Part shown: positions 63,069 through 64,000 of the stretch, one piece after another
How positions within the stretch are numbered: the first letter of the stretch is position 1
Layout: each line of letters opens with the position of its first letter
NCBI GenBank assembly: GCA_016180435.1
Contig: JACPBG010000001.1
Location: 283,107-347,106, forward strand
Direction: 5' to 3'
Source: Candidatus Sungiibacteriota bacterium
Lineage (GTDB): Bacteria > Patescibacteriota > Minisyncoccia > Sungbacterales > HO2-52-23
DNA: 64,000 nt
The notes under the pieces: generated by a model
What the model was told of the DNA's origin: nothing
Seen by the model: only the letters and a program-made list of their open reading frames with translations
The model's database searches: none
Position numbers and translations under genes: made by a program

Positions 63069-63379
63069 TATAAAATTGAAACAGCATCCGGTTCAATATG
63101 TTTTTTTAATGCGGGATAAACAGAACGTCGGGTAATTAAATCAACACTACGGCCCAGCGCACGTTCAAGTTCTTGCTGCAATCCTGCTAAATCCAAAAGG
63201 GTTTTTTTCCCCTGAAATTCAACTAGGAGGTCAACATCGCTTTCCGCACTTCCTTCCCCGCGTGCTATAGAACCAAAAACCGACGAACGCGTAATCCCCG
63301 CTTTTTTGAGAATCGGCACTGCTTTTTTTTTAATCTCATCAATAGTTATTGAATTACCGAAAGATTGTAACGCGGTCAT
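63068..63379 (-). CDS. MntA-like minimal nucleotidyltransferase antitoxin
   Basis: SSVFGSIARGEGSAESDVDLLVEF (GSxxRGxxxxxSDxD). It overlaps the hepT stop. Confidence 0.7.
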   Translation of the reverse strand: MTALQSFGNSITIDEIKKKAVPILKKAGITRSSVFGSIARGEGSAESDVDLLVEFQGKKTLLDLAGLQQELERALGRSVDLITRRSVYPALKKHIEPDAVSIL

Positions 63380-63391
63380 AAAATAAGTATA

Positions 63392-64000
63392 TCACACGCC
63401 CTCAAGAAATTCAAATACCCTCTCATTGCGCAAAATTCCGCGGCTATACTCGCGCAAGGATTCCGGGTCAAACTTTTTGGCCGCCTCTTCCACGCTCTCA
63501 AATTGCTTCAAAAAATCATTGGCACGCGCATCAATTTCTTCGCGTGTGGGCTCAATTTTCTCTATTTTTGCGATTTCACGCAAACATAACGCAATTCTTA
63601 CGCGCCGTTCCGCCTCACTTTGCCACTCGCGCCGCAATTCATCCTGATTTTTCTTGATATGCAGGAGATAATCCTCCCATTTCATCCCCATATTACCGAC
63701 TCCTGATTTCAACTCCTCAAGCATTTTATCCAATTCGGATTCAACCAAAATTTGCGGAACTTCAATTTTCGCGGATTTAGCAATTTCGCTGATAATTTCG
63801 GATCGCACACGCTGGCTTTCTTTGTCCTTTTTTTCGGAGGTCAAACCCTCACGTATATTTTGTTTCAGCGCCTCAAGCGACTCAAATCCTCCCAAATTTT
63901 TGGCAAATTCATCCGAAACTTGCGGTAATTTCCGCTCCTGCACCAAATTCATTTTTACCGAAAAATCCAGCGCTTTTCCGGCCAAGGCTGTTTCCCGCCA
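63392..64000 (-). CDS. tig: trigger factor, C-terminal part (gene continues past window end)
   Basis: Helical C-terminal domain (LDKMLEELK…REEIDARANDFLKQF…). There is no upstream stop before the window edge. Confidence 0.5.
   Translation of the reverse strand, partial: WRETALAGKALDFSVKMNLVQERKLPQVSDEFAKNLGGFESLEALKQNIREGLTSEKKDKESQRVRSEIISEIAKSAKIEVPQILVESELDKMLEELKSGVGNMGMKWEDYLLHIKKNQDELRREWQSEAERRVRIALCLREIAKIEKIEPTREEIDARANDFLKQFESVEEAAKKFDPESLREYSRGILRNERVFEFLEGV

Overview
This 64-kb window looks like a compact bacterial chromosome segment, with about 50 of the first 54 kb of genes on the minus strand. The gene content is consistent with an ultrasmall monoderm bacterium of the Patescibacteria/CPR type; that is an inference from content, not a database hit. 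Main blocks, in order:
1. 1-371: the N-terminal part of a GMC/FAD oxidoreductase, cut by the window edge.
2. 873-17046: a cell-surface glycan biosynthesis island. It starts with an ArsR-type regulator flanked by palindromes, a UbiA-family prenyltransferase resembling decaprenyl-phosphate phosphoribosyltransferase, and a GT-C-like membrane protein. It also holds five GT4 glycosyltransferases (one a double-GT4 fusion), a GT2, two FkbM methyltransferases, a CapD/PseB-type sugar dehydratase, a polysaccharide deacetylase, a second GT-C-like membrane protein and an RfaE-II-like nucleotidyltransferase.
3. 17083-28049: a block of secreted surface proteins. It contains a PKD plus lamin-tail-domain protein, a TPR protein, three proteins that combine a coiled coil with a PG_binding_1 peptidoglycan-binding domain (one of them 1189 aa), and a 585-aa Thr/Ser-rich protein built from ~46-aa tandem repeats.
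4. 29020-36268: galU, gatCA, a RelE-type toxin-antitoxin pair and ligA.
5. 36441-50536: a complete type IV pilus locus (five pilin or pseudopilin genes, pilD, pilC, pilT, a CheY-like receiver, pilB, pilO, pilN, pilM) followed by comF.
6. 50567-59731: housekeeping genes (rny, gpmI, an MFS transporter, clpP).
7. 59774-63379: a toxin-antitoxin island (two paralogous RelE/antitoxin pairs and a HepT/MntA pair), then a partial tig.

No rRNA, tRNA, CRISPR array, transposase or integrase was recognised. The most striking feature is in the non-coding DNA. Intergenic space, and even some coding sequence, holds at least eight families of short palindromic, MITE-like repeats, and most copies abut start codons. 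One family occurs four times, three of them upstream of pilus genes. It has conserved flanks, an SD-like GGGAGG and a TTG/ATG-initiated mini-ORF. Its internal hairpin changes sequence between copies by compensatory substitutions, which suggests a structured regulatory RNA or leader-peptide element that has not been described before.
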